Part shown: positions 9,356 through 19,156 of the stretch, in pieces
Layout of the letters: every line of letters begins with the position of its first letter
Numbering within the stretch: the first letter of the stretch is position 1
Source: a virus
Direction: 5' to 3' (one strand)
DNA length: 64,000 bases
IMG/VR virus record: IMGVR_UViG_3300017917_002937
Location: 1 to 64,000 of that record
Notes under the pieces: model-generated
Databases searched by the model: none
The model's input: the letters and a program-made list of their open reading frames with translations, nothing else
What the model was told of the DNA's origin: nothing
Made by a program: the position numbers and the translations under genes

Positions 9356-10465
9356 TTATAGCCCCGCCAAACGCTTAAAGTCGATTAAGTTAGCTAATAC
9401 TTCTGGCTCAACTTCTTCTACTTTTTTGGCAGACTTATCACCAGTCATTTCACTTATCATCTTTCTTTCAGTGATATTTTGTTTTGTATGTTGTTTTTCA
9501 ACACCATTATTCAAAACTGCTGGTAAATACTTATCGAAAGCGACTTTCAATTTTGGTGTCTGTACGCTTTCTAATAAAGTTTTCATTACCTGTGCCTTTT
9601 CTTCGTTCAATGTACCTAATAATTCAGTCATTGTTTTTTCACGAATATTTGACTCTTTGATAATTCTAACTTCACGTTCTTTGCTTTCAACTAATTTTTT
9701 AGCTTCACTAATGCTGCGTTGTGATTCAGCAATTAATTCATCTTTTTGTTTTAGTTGTTGTATTAATTTGCGTGTTTCGGCTTTTTCGTTTAAATGAGTT
9801 ACGCTGAACTCGCTTGCAAACGCTTCAAACAATTTACGACCAAAATTGTTTTCTCTTGCAAATTTAATATCTTCTTTGAGTTGACTGATTTCACCCTTCA
9901 ACTGATTAGTAACTGCTTGATTGATTTTGTTTGCACTTTCATTGACAAACTTTTGTTTTAGCAATTGTAACTGTTTGCGACCCTCTGCAACTAATTTAAC
10001 TTTTGCCTCAACAACTGCTTGTTTATCAATTGAAAACTCTTTAATCTCTCTAGCTAAAGCATGTACAACAAAATCTTGAACCTTTTGTTGATTTTCAAAT
10101 TGCACTTTACGGTCAGTACGTAGTTCACGAATTTCTTCTGCTAACTTTGTAACCATAAAATCATTAAAACGTTGTGCGTTTTCTTTTAATTTTAACTGTG
10201 CTTTAACTCTTTCTTCATGCAGTGACTTTCTTTCATTTTGAAATTCTTGAATTTCTTCTGAAAGGTTTTCACTAATCATTTTATCTAGGGCTTCAACCAT
10301 TACACTACGATCATGTTCATAACGTTGTGCGAATTCCTCACGTAATTCAGCACGAACTTGTTCACGGGCTTCATTGAGTTTGCCTTCCCAAGCTTCATTT
10401 AATTCTTGGGCTACATCTTCCTTGATAAGTCCGCTCTCAAGTAGTGGTTTGATAGCATCAAACAT
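9356..10465 (-). CDS. gp22: Prohead core/scaffolding protein
   Basis: Charged coiled-coil protein of 369 aa between gp21 and gp23. Confidence 0.8.
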   Translation of the reverse strand: MFDAIKPLLESGLIKEDVAQELNEAWEGKLNEAREQVRAELREEFAQRYEHDRSVMVEALDKMISENLSEEIQEFQNERKSLHEERVKAQLKLKENAQRFNDFMVTKLAEEIRELRTDRKVQFENQQKVQDFVVHALAREIKEFSIDKQAVVEAKVKLVAEGRKQLQLLKQKFVNESANKINQAVTNQLKGEISQLKEDIKFARENNFGRKLFEAFASEFSVTHLNEKAETRKLIQQLKQKDELIAESQRSISEAKKLVESKEREVRIIKESNIREKTMTELLGTLNEEKAQVMKTLLESVQTPKLKVAFDKYLPAVLNNGVEKQHTKQNITERKMISEMTGDKSAKKVEEVEPEVLANLIDFKRLAGL

Positions 10466-10477
10466 TTGCTTTTCCCC

Positions 10478-11113
10478 TTATTTTATTTTGAGGTCCTTGA
10501 TGAGGCGCAACACTTCCTCTTTCAAGTACTTTTCTACTTTTTTGTTACCCTTAACTTCCTTACCAATTTCTAACATCTTATGACCATACTTCATGTTCAT
10601 AACGCCTTCATAAATTGCTTTTGGATACGCATTTGGTGCGCTTGGTTGGGCAACTACATCAACAGTGACAATTTCAAAATCACTGACTCTACCGTCCAAA
10701 TCATTGACATTACCGCTGCCACGACTTGATACACCTAGCTTAACACCACTCTCTAACATGGTACGTACTAATTGTCCCATAGGAGTTGGTAATATTTTTA
10801 ATTTTCCAAATCCATTAGCTCCGTCCATCCACATATTTGTAATCATATGTGATACACGGTCTAAATTAATCTTTAGATCATCTGGGTGATCTACTTCCCC
10901 TAATACTGAGTAACCTTCTTGTATTTGTTTATTCAATGTGTCTACAGCAGTTTCTATTTCAGATACGGGGTAAACACGCTCATTTGCGTTCTTTACCCCA
11001 CCCTGAATAAAGATACCTTTCATATAAAGGCTCTTTAAACTACCTTCACCTTCACTTTCTACGACCATATTGGCACGGTCGAAAGTTAGGCGCTCCTTGA
11101 GTATCAAAGCCAT
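10478..11113 (-). CDS. gp21: Prohead protease
   Basis: GIFIQG..KNAN.RVYP, GEVDHP, GVSSRGSG, D.VAQPSAPNA motifs. Confidence 0.95.
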   Translation of the reverse strand: MALILKERLTFDRANMVVESEGEGSLKSLYMKGIFIQGGVKNANERVYPVSEIETAVDTLNKQIQEGYSVLGEVDHPDDLKINLDRVSHMITNMWMDGANGFGKLKILPTPMGQLVRTMLESGVKLGVSSRGSGNVNDLDGRVSDFEIVTVDVVAQPSAPNAYPKAIYEGVMNMKYGHKMLEIGKEVKGNKKVEKYLKEEVLRLIKDLKIK

Positions 11114-11128
11114 TGTACTCAGTTATCC

Positions 11129-11974
11129 TTACCTAATAACTTTCTTTACTGATTTTTTAGACTCAGCGACTGGGCTCTTTGTGTTTGAACCATCATCACC
11201 GTGTTTAGCAGCTGGTGCTTTTTCTAAATCAGCGTTGTTTTGTGCTGGAGCATTTTTAAATGAACCTGCACCTTTTACTTGTGTTTCACCTTTGCTGTAT
11301 GCGTTACTTGGGCCTTTAGGACTTGTTGGAACTGCTTCATCATGACCACTAAACTTTACAGGATTAGCACCTGTGCTTACAACTTTTGGTTTTGTTAATG
11401 CAACTGATTTGGTGTTTGCACCATTATCACCGTGTGTTACACTAACTTTTTTTAACTGTATTGCTTCTTCAAGTGATTCAGCCATATCTTCTTCTTCATC
11501 GTCTGCTTCTTCAGACAATTCTTCTTCGCCTTCTTCATCACCCATGCCGTCCATGTCACCCATGCCGTCCATGTCATCCATGCCGTCGTCGCCACCCATG
11601 ATTTGTTCAAATTCTGCCATTAATTCATCAAGTTTATCTTTAATATCTTCAATGTCATCTTTTGTAGCAGGCTCATCGCCATCGCCCATTTCATCACTAT
11701 CTATATCAATGACTTCATCTTCAATGTCGTCCATACCTTCCATATCATCATCTGCTTCTGACATGTCTTCGCCTGATTCTTCTGAACTTATTTCATCCAT
11801 AAGTTGACCAACTTCACCAACCATGCCTTGTTCTTCGTTCATTTCATCATTTAAAATACTTTCATAGATTTCTCTTGATTTTTCTACAACAATTTCATGA
11901 AATAATTCACGTGCCTGTTCTTCATTCTCATTGATAATAAGATCAATAAGCTTTTCAAATTTTTGGTTATCCAT
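11129..11974 (-). CDS. Highly acidic prohead core protein (gp67/gp68-like position)
   Basis: D/E-rich 281 aa between portal and protease, many (L/M/V)-x-E sites; TATAAATA at 12012-12019 and CAGGAG SD. Confidence 0.65.
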   Translation of the reverse strand: MDNQKFEKLIDLIINENEEQARELFHEIVVEKSREIYESILNDEMNEEQGMVGEVGQLMDEISSEESGEDMSEADDDMEGMDDIEDEVIDIDSDEMGDGDEPATKDDIEDIKDKLDELMAEFEQIMGGDDGMDDMDGMGDMDGMGDEEGEEELSEEADDEEEDMAESLEEAIQLKKVSVTHGDNGANTKSVALTKPKVVSTGANPVKFSGHDEAVPTSPKGPSNAYSKGETQVKGAGSFKNAPAQNNADLEKAPAAKHGDDGSNTKSPVAESKKSVKKVIR

Positions 11975-12072
11975 TATAGTTTTCTCCTGAATAAAATGGC
12001 TTTGATAGTTTTATTTATAGTATATGACAAAAAATAGCTCAAAATGTACTATTTTTTTACGTTTTTGAATTT

Positions 12073-12297
12073 TTAGACTGTACTTGCTGCTTCAGCCTTA
12101 GGTCCGTATTGATCGTGGATTTTTTTCAGATTTTCTTTCTTTTCATAGTTTCTAACATCTAACATTTTTCTAAGTTTGCGTATTTGTTTTAAAGTAAGTT
12201 TTGTTTTTCTACTTTGTTTAAATACAGGTTTACTATGATCAGCATTTGCATCCTGATATCCTGGTATAGCCTTTTCAAACATTTCGTATAATTTCAT
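12073..12297 (-). CDS. Small basic head-cluster protein
   Basis: 74 aa, RKTKLTLKQIRKLRKM; CATAAATA 5 nt upstream of the ATG. Confidence 0.7.
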   Translation of the reverse strand: MKLYEMFEKAIPGYQDANADHSKPVFKQSRKTKLTLKQIRKLRKMLDVRNYEKKENLKKIHDQYGPKAEAASTV

Positions 12298-12305
12298 AAT
12301 TATAT

Positions 12306-14081
12306 TTATGCTGTTGGAGCAGCTCCAGTGGGAGTCGGTGCACCAGGTGCACTTGTAACAGGACCTGCGACTTCGGGTTCAGGTAATTCTTCTTCAGGTG
12401 GCGCATTCATTTCTTCAGCAGTACCTATATCAGTTTCAATATCTCCCACACTTATACCTATATTTCTTAAATCACCACCTTCTGGGTCAACATCAATATC
12501 TTTATTGTTTTCTTCACGCCAAAGTTTTTCATTCTTAGAAATTTCTTCTTCTGTTAATCCTAAAAATCTTTCCATAGCAAAACGCTTACTTACATACGGA
12601 AATGCTTCCATTGTTGAAAATGTAGTAACTCTACTTGTATCAAGTTCTGCTTGTCTATATGCAGCAAAATTTTGTGGAGGATTAAAATTTATCGAAAATA
12701 AATTACTATCAATATTAAATCCACGCCAACGTAAAAATAACTTAAATTCTTCATCTAGTTTAAGTGCTAGATAATTTTGAAGTCTTTCACAATATTGGTT
12801 AAAACGAAACTCTTGAATCATTGCAGTACCAACACGTCCATCACTTAGTGGAGTCGTATTATCATCAGGGCCGGTTGGTAAATAACTACTAGGTACACGT
12901 AAACCACGTGCTAGTCTGTTATTAAAATAACGTAAATCATCAATTTCGCCTAAATTTTGACCACCAGGTAATACTTCAACACTACTACCACGTCCATCTG
13001 CTGTAACAGGGAAGAAATAATCTTCATTCATGCTTAATGGATTATATGATGCATCAACGATACTTTGTCCACCATACAAACTAGGTATTCTACGTTGATG
13101 AATTTCATTTTTAATACGCTCAACAAAAGCCATAGCCATATGACTTGGCATATTACCAACATCAATCTTAAACATTCTACGTTCAGGAGCACGTTGTACA
13201 CGATAAATCAATACAGCGTCTTCTAATAATTCTTTTTGTTTATAAACTTTGAAAATGTTTTCTAGTATTGATTGCCCAAAAGGCCAAAATCTATCTAAGC
13301 CCTCAGTTAAACTCAAATGAACGATATGTTTGGCATCTACTGCACTTTCACTTTGTCCCAACGTAAACCTACTACCTGATGTATTATATGGCATAGCAGG
13401 TACTGTATAAGGTGTATTAGTTCCTCCGCCTGTACCACCAAGACCTGTTGCTGGGTTAGCTGCAAAATCTGTATTTGTTTTTTGAGCCACACTAAGATTT
13501 TGTAAGTTAACATTTAAATCTTTTAAAACATATTGTTCTGGCTTTTTCCCTTCACTTTCATTAACAATAACTTTAATAACTTTAACCATATCGACCCAAT
13601 ATAATTTAAAGTTTTCTGGGTCACGAACGAATACTTGATCACCATATTTTACTACATTTCTGAATACCTTAAATATTCTTACATCAAATTCGTTTAATTT
13701 ACACCATTGTTGCAATTGTGTTGTAAGAATGTTAATTTCGTTTGGAGTAGGATCTTGTTTAAAATTAAACATAAAAGGTGTTTTATTATGTTCATTTTTC
13801 ATTGTGCTAAATTCTGAAATAATATCCAAACAAGCATTTATTTCAGCATCAACATCCATCATTTCATATTGATTATAACGCTCAATTCTATTTGGGTGAC
13901 CTGTGTAGACTTCAGGAAGTCTACTCATATAATTTCTATAACCCCAATCTAAATTATTCCATCCGCCTGTACTTGACCCGTTTTGTCCTGGACTTCCATT
14001 CCAAGCATTACTATTACTATTACCACCTGAAATAGGACTAGAAACACCGCTTTTGTTTAAGAATTTTTTTGTGTAAGCCAT
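12306..14081 (-). CDS. gp20: Portal vertex protein
   Basis: LLEDAVLIYRVQRAPERRMFKIDVGNMP, MNEDYFFP, LPGGQNLGEIDD motifs. Confidence 0.96.
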   Translation of the reverse strand: MAYTKKFLNKSGVSSPISGGNSNSNAWNGSPGQNGSSTGGWNNLDWGYRNYMSRLPEVYTGHPNRIERYNQYEMMDVDAEINACLDIISEFSTMKNEHNKTPFMFNFKQDPTPNEINILTTQLQQWCKLNEFDVRIFKVFRNVVKYGDQVFVRDPENFKLYWVDMVKVIKVIVNESEGKKPEQYVLKDLNVNLQNLSVAQKTNTDFAANPATGLGGTGGGTNTPYTVPAMPYNTSGSRFTLGQSESAVDAKHIVHLSLTEGLDRFWPFGQSILENIFKVYKQKELLEDAVLIYRVQRAPERRMFKIDVGNMPSHMAMAFVERIKNEIHQRRIPSLYGGQSIVDASYNPLSMNEDYFFPVTADGRGSSVEVLPGGQNLGEIDDLRYFNNRLARGLRVPSSYLPTGPDDNTTPLSDGRVGTAMIQEFRFNQYCERLQNYLALKLDEEFKLFLRWRGFNIDSNLFSINFNPPQNFAAYRQAELDTSRVTTFSTMEAFPYVSKRFAMERFLGLTEEEISKNEKLWREENNKDIDVDPEGGDLRNIGISVGDIETDIGTAEEMNAPPEEELPEPEVAGPVTSAPGAPTPTGAAPTA

Positions 14082-14100
14082 AATGTATTTAGTTTAAGTA

Positions 14101-17100
14101 TCACATACTATACTTTAGTAATTGATCTTGTGATCTTGCACTGCTTTCAAGCAATTCTACCATAGTATTAAATTTTTCCATTGTTTGCTCTTGTTGTTTT
14201 ATCAATATAGAAATTAAATCTTTTACCGCGGAGTCATTACTTACATTATTAGTAGAAGGTATGCTCTGTTGTGTAACTTGTGTTTTTTCTTTTTCTTGAT
14301 CGACCTGTTTTAATTCAGTGGTTTTTATACCAAATGCCTTAATAATAGGATCAAAAATATTAGGTACCATAGTTTTTTCTATATTTTTAAATAATGGTTC
14401 AATGTCTTTAATGCCTTGTGTAGTGTTTGAATCATAAAATATTGGAATATTTTTAATTGTATTAGTTAATTGTTGAATATTTTTTGATAATGAATCATTT
14501 GTAACAATAGTACTGTCTTTACTTTGATTAAGTTCAGGTATTATTGTTGAAACTGATTGCTTTTGAACTTGATTTAGTTTTTCACGTAATGATTTAACCA
14601 TTTCTGCTGTAAGTACGGTTTCATTAGATTTTAACAATACAGGAAATTCTGAACCAACTGGGCCCTTAAAATGTCCACCATCATGTGCAACTTCAACGTG
14701 TATGTGTCCTCCAGTAGAGTTTTTAGATGGTTTATTATATTCATCAAGAACTTTAATAGCACCCAATTTTTTAATTTTTTCAATTATATTATTACCTTCT
14801 TCGGCAGTAGGTTTAAATCCTAAACTAAAGTCTAAAGCTTTACCTTTTACATGAGCACTATCTGGTGCATTTTTTTGATGATACAAATCATTGAGTGCAG
14901 TGAATGTAGCATTCGGATAGAGTTCCTGAATTTTTTCAGCAAGTTGTAATAATGCAGATGATGATTCTCCACCACTTGTTGCCTCAGAGGATTTTAGTTT
15001 TAATTTTGATAAAATATCTTTGGCAGGAGTAGAGGCCCCTGCGCCAAAGCCGAAAAATGATGTTAAGTTTTGTAAAAAATTAGTTTGTCCTTGACTTGAT
15101 TGTTGTACATCATTCTTTTTATCTGTAAAATCTTTCAATGCTTTTTGAAATTCATTCTTTTTTTCTGTGCTTATTTTTAATGCTTCTTGTTGAACTTCTA
15201 ATTCTTTTTTAGCAATGTCAATACTATCCTTATTGACTTTTAACTGCTCTTGAATTTGTGTTTTAGCTTTTCCTGTTGATTTTTCTAAATCCTTTTCTAA
15301 TTCAACTTTTTTACCAATAAGATCACTTAATTTTTCTGTTTGTAATTTTACTTTTGCTTCTTCTACTAAAACTCCCGCCAGTGCAATATCACGGTCTTGA
15401 TAGAACTTATCTTCTTGCATATTGGCTTTTTGATTTGCTTTTCTTTTTGCATTTTTTCTTTCAAGATCAGCTTGGAAGGCATTTTTTATTTCTGCCATTA
15501 CTTCCATTTCATCTTTTTGACGAATTTCAGTTAACTTGTTTAATTCCGCTTTTTTCTTAGTTGCTTCTTCAACCATTCCTTTTTTAATTAAATCATAATA
15601 ATCTTTTTTGACACGATCTTCTTCTTGACTTGATTTAGTTGTCTTATCTGTTTTTTGTTCAACTGCAAGTTTTTTAATATCTAATTTTTCTTCTGCTACA
15701 AGTTGTTCATGACTTTTAGGTGTATCTTTATTTTTATTAATACCTAAAAAATCATTAACCGCCTTTCCAAATTTCGTAACATCCACTCCAAAAAATTCAC
15801 TAGCCTTTTTAAGTATGTTTGTTGATTCTCCAAACATATTCATGATATTGCCTTGGGCTACAACATTTGATTCTTGTCGTGCAATTGCTTCTAATCTTAA
15901 TTTTCTTTCTAAATCAATTGCTTTTTTAGTTTCTTCATCTTGAGTTTTACGAATTTCAAAAAGTGCTTGATCAAGACTAATTTTTTTCTCAAGTGATAAT
16001 TTTTCAGCAGCAGCATATGAATTGTCTACTTTTATTTTTAAATCAGCAGCATCTTTAAAGCCCATAATTAATATATCTTTTATAGCTTCGTAACTTAATC
16101 TGCCTGTACCTGCGAATTGTTTTTGAAATTCTTGAACTTCTCCTGCGAACCCTTTTAATGCAACTGTAACAGGACCTTTGCCATTAAGAATATCTTCTAC
16201 AAATTTGGGAGCAGCCATTTGCAATCTAGCTGATTCTTGACTTGTAATAGCACCACCTGCTGCTGCCATTTTAGCTATTGCAGCACCTGCATCTTTTGCA
16301 CCAGCTGCAAATAAAGCTTCACTTGCTTGTACTGCCCTTTCTAATTGTTTTTTCTTTTCAATATCTTCTTCAGCAAGCATCGCGGCTCTTAATTCTTCAA
16401 TTGCCATTACTTGATCTCTTGCCTTTTCTTGTTCTTCTCTTGTAGCTCCTGTTAAAACTGCAATTTTTTCTAATTCAACTAAATATTTTCCTGCTGCCAT
16501 ACTTAGTTTTGTGGTATCTTTTTCTTGTGCAAACCCTAATCTTTGTTGTAAGGATAAATATTTTAGTGTATGTTCTGTTTGTTTTTCAACAGTAATACCC
16601 ATATATTCAAACTGTTTTCCTAAATCACTTTCAATAAGTTTACCTGATATCTCAGCTAATTTTCTTCCTCCTTCAGCGGCAGTAGGACCTATAATTGCTA
16701 ATTCACTTACATTGTTTCTTAATATAGTGCTAAATTTAGCTAAATCACTAAACGGTAATGTTAATTTTGCTAAATCCTTTTTAAAACCAGTAATTCCTTC
16801 TATACCTATTACAGAAGCAGCACCTAAGTCATACATTGTAGAAGTTATTCTATCACGTAATTCAGCTTGTGCGGTAGCTAATTCTAAAGCAGCATCCGCA
16901 GCCTTTGCAGCAATTTGTTCATTGTAACCGAACAATGTTGCAACTGCTCCTGCTGCAATACCCAACGCTTTTAATACAGGATTAACCTTGCTTACTATTG
17001 TAAAAAATGTTACAAGTGAACCAACTTGTATGGCAAGTCCACCTAGTTGTCTTTGTAAATCATTTGCTTCTTTACCAACTTGTTCGTTATACCTTGCCTG

Positions 17101-17634
17101 TAATGCAAATCCTCTTTGACCTCCAATTAATGATCTTGTATATGCATTTTGAGCATCTATAGTAGCTTCATATACTTTTCTTAAATTATTGAGATATATT
17201 GACCCAGCTTCCATTGCTGTTGAAAATACTAAACCATTTCCAGCAGCCTTTGACAATGCGGACGAAGTTTGATTTACAAAACCTTCTAAACTTGTAGCAT
17301 ACCCACTTAAACTTTTATAATATGTTAAATTGCGGGTATGTTCAGTTTCTAATTCTTTACTTTGTTTTTTCTTTTTTTCTAAATCTGTCTGTGCAAACTT
17401 ATCAGCTTTTTCTGCATCTTTTGATGACTTATCTAGATTTTTATTAAATTGAGTTAAACTTTTGGCTAAATCACTATTTGTAATACCAATAAGTTTAATA
17501 AATTCAGTGTTTAAACTTCTAGTTGAACTTGTTAAACTATCAAATTCTTTATTTTGATATCCAGTACTAGAGGTTAATAAACTAAAATTTTCATACAGTT
17601 CTCTTAACAAATTGGGATCTAAATTATCAGCCAT
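14101..17634 (-). CDS. Tape-measure-like protein with Zn-peptidase (M15-type) domain
   Basis: 1177 aa, long helical/coiled-coil body with a hydrophobic segment; C-terminal SAHVKGKALD...HIHVE motif; divergent from the gp26-like gene. Confidence 0.7.
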   Translation of the reverse strand: MADNLDPNLLRELYENFSLLTSSTGYQNKEFDSLTSSTRSLNTEFIKLIGITNSDLAKSLTQFNKNLDKSSKDAEKADKFAQTDLEKKKKQSKELETEHTRNLTYYKSLSGYATSLEGFVNQTSSALSKAAGNGLVFSTAMEAGSIYLNNLRKVYEATIDAQNAYTRSLIGGQRGFALQARYNEQVGKEANDLQRQLGGLAIQVGSLVTFFTIVSKVNPVLKALGIAAGAVATLFGYNEQIAAKAADAALELATAQAELRDRITSTMYDLGAASVIGIEGITGFKKDLAKLTLPFSDLAKFSTILRNNVSELAIIGPTAAEGGRKLAEISGKLIESDLGKQFEYMGITVEKQTEHTLKYLSLQQRLGFAQEKDTTKLSMAAGKYLVELEKIAVLTGATREEQEKARDQVMAIEELRAAMLAEEDIEKKKQLERAVQASEALFAAGAKDAGAAIAKMAAAGGAITSQESARLQMAAPKFVEDILNGKGPVTVALKGFAGEVQEFQKQFAGTGRLSYEAIKDILIMGFKDAADLKIKVDNSYAAAEKLSLEKKISLDQALFEIRKTQDEETKKAIDLERKLRLEAIARQESNVVAQGNIMNMFGESTNILKKASEFFGVDVTKFGKAVNDFLGINKNKDTPKSHEQLVAEEKLDIKKLAVEQKTDKTTKSSQEEDRVKKDYYDLIKKGMVEEATKKKAELNKLTEIRQKDEMEVMAEIKNAFQADLERKNAKRKANQKANMQEDKFYQDRDIALAGVLVEEAKVKLQTEKLSDLIGKKVELEKDLEKSTGKAKTQIQEQLKVNKDSIDIAKKELEVQQEALKISTEKKNEFQKALKDFTDKKNDVQQSSQGQTNFLQNLTSFFGFGAGASTPAKDILSKLKLKSSEATSGGESSSALLQLAEKIQELYPNATFTALNDLYHQKNAPDSAHVKGKALDFSLGFKPTAEEGNNIIEKIKKLGAIKVLDEYNKPSKNSTGGHIHVEVAHDGGHFKGPVGSEFPVLLKSNETVLTAEMVKSLREKLNQVQKQSVSTIIPELNQSKDSTIVTNDSLSKNIQQLTNTIKNIPIFYDSNTTQGIKDIEPLFKNIEKTMVPNIFDPIIKAFGIKTTELKQVDQEKEKTQVTQQSIPSTNNVSNDSAVKDLISILIKQQEQTMEKFNTMVELLESSARSQDQLLKYSM

Positions 17635-17645
17635 GGTTTTCCATA

Positions 17646-17668
17646 TATAAATACTACATATATTTATG
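17646..17668. promoter_or_regulatory. Face-to-face late promoter pair
   Basis: TATAAATA on + at 17646-17653 (toward gp26-like) and CATAAATA on - at 17661-17668 (toward tape measure). Confidence 0.65.
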
Positions 17669-17689
17669 TTTTTAAAAACAGGAGAATGA

Positions 17690-18508
17690 ATGAACCCATT
17701 ACGACAATACTTTAGAAGACCTGCATTACATTTAAAATTACCAAGTCAAGGTAAATTTTATCCTCAAAATAGTATTGAAATGCCTGAAAATAGTGAATTA
17801 CCCATATTTCCAATGACAGCGATTGATGAAATAACATCAAAAACTCCTGATGCATTATATAACGGTACTGCTATCGTTGACATTATAAAAAGTTGCGTGC
17901 CTAATATTAAAGACCCATGGAGAATTCCAGCAGTTGATATTGATGCATTATTAATAGGTATTAAGTCAGCAAGCACCGGTAACAATTTAGACATATTAAG
18001 TACATGTACAAATTGCAATAATGAAGAAACATTTGCAATAAACTTATTGATTTTACTTCAAAATATTAAGTTAGGTAATTATCATGAACCATTACAAATT
18101 GGAGATTTAAAAATATTTTTTAAACCATTAGATTATAAAACAGTAAATGAAACAAACCTAATGCAATTTGAAACTCAAGTAGAAATCAACAATTTAGAAA
18201 AAATACAAGATGACAAAGAACGATTAAACAAAACTGGAATTACCATGCGTAAAGTCAATGAAAATCTATTTGCAATTATTGCTAAAGGCATAGATAGAAT
18301 TGAACTACCCAATGAAACAGTAACAGATTATAACTTTATACTTGAATTTATATTGAATACAGATAAAGCAACTTTTGAAGAAATGAGAAATTATGGTGTC
18401 TCATTAAGAGAAACTAGTGAAATAAAACCTGTTAAGTTAAAATGCAATAGTTGTGCAAATGAATATTTACAACGTGTTGCATTAAATGTTACTGATTTTT
18501 TCGAATAA
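17690..18508 (+). CDS. gp26: Baseplate hub/tail assembly protein (gp26-like)
   Basis: LKLPSQGKFY, PMTAIDE, D.DALLIGIK.AS.G, two CxxC pairs, ends DFFE; CAGGAG SD. Confidence 0.75.
   Translation: MNPLRQYFRRPALHLKLPSQGKFYPQNSIEMPENSELPIFPMTAIDEITSKTPDALYNGTAIVDIIKSCVPNIKDPWRIPAVDIDALLIGIKSASTGNNLDILSTCTNCNNEETFAINLLILLQNIKLGNYHEPLQIGDLKIFFKPLDYKTVNETNLMQFETQVEINNLEKIQDDKERLNKTGITMRKVNENLFAIIAKGIDRIELPNETVTDYNFILEFILNTDKATFEEMRNYGVSLRETSEIKPVKLKCNSCANEYLQRVALNVTDFFE
18496..18502 (+). promoter_or_regulatory. Candidate -1 ribosomal frameshift heptamer T-TTT-TTC
   Basis: X-XXY-YYZ in the correct phase near the gp26-like stop; the -1 frame opens exactly here (TGA at 18493-18495) and runs to 18732. 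Confidence 0.6.
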
Positions 18509-18732
18509 GGCTTCTGTACTTACAACCTGAAGAAGTGCAGAAGCTACTTGATAGCCTTGAAAAAGAAGCAAATTCAATAAAAGAAAATGCGTTAAAATTA
18601 AGTTGGTATATGAGAGGTAGTGTTTCATATAATGACGTTTTAAATATGTCAACATTTGAAAGAGATGTTATATCCAATATTGCTAACGAAAATTTAGACA
18701 CAACTAAAAAATCAGGACTACCCTTCTTTTGA
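18496..18732 (+). CDS. gp51-like ORF, probably expressed as a frameshift extension of the gp26-like protein
   Basis: LSWYMRGSVSYNDVLNMSTFERDVI resembles gp51/tail-chaperone C-terminal motifs; the only upstream start is GTG at 18535 with no clear SD. Confidence 0.6.
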   Translation, partial: FFRIRLLYLQPEEVQKLLDSLEKEANSIKENALKLSWYMRGSVSYNDVLNMSTFERDVISNIANENLDTTKKSGLPFF

Positions 18733-19150
18733 AGACGAACCACGTTCGTCTAAGACCTCACTAACGTTCGGTCTTATTTTTTAATTATTGATACTAAAAA
18801 CTAATACTTGCCGCTAGGATCTCCATGGTAGTGCTATTCAGCACTACCAACGGGACTTGCCATGCTTGTCACTCCGTGTTGTCTTTGCCAATACATACAG
18901 CCTTACTGCTTATGTATCCTACCGGTTGCCCTTTAAAGTTTATGGCCTGTAGTGAAGCTTATGTTTGTAAACACATCTTCGGCAACGCACATCCTATAAC
19001 ATCAAGACAAAATAGCTATAGGCTTGTTGAGTGTTCGCTTTGTCGATTGCACTCTCGGTATAATGAGGATAGGTTATCCTCCTACTCCAGATCCGTCGGC
19101 ACAGCACTACCTGTACTTTCTCAAGGAGGGTCTAGGAACCTAGACCAAAC
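18733..19150 (-). ncRNA. Candidate large structured non-coding RNA (or structured origin)
   Basis: GC-richer intergenic block with about ten stems, including long-range ones; G-U pairs favour the minus strand. No family recognised. Confidence 0.55.
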
Positions 19151-19156
19151 AAATTT

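Noticed and set aside
18733-19150. Possible group I/II intron, tmRNA or RNase P RNA
   Set aside because: Does not interrupt a gene and I could not find domain V, P7 core, tRNA-like ends or RNase P consensus by eye; left as unclassified.
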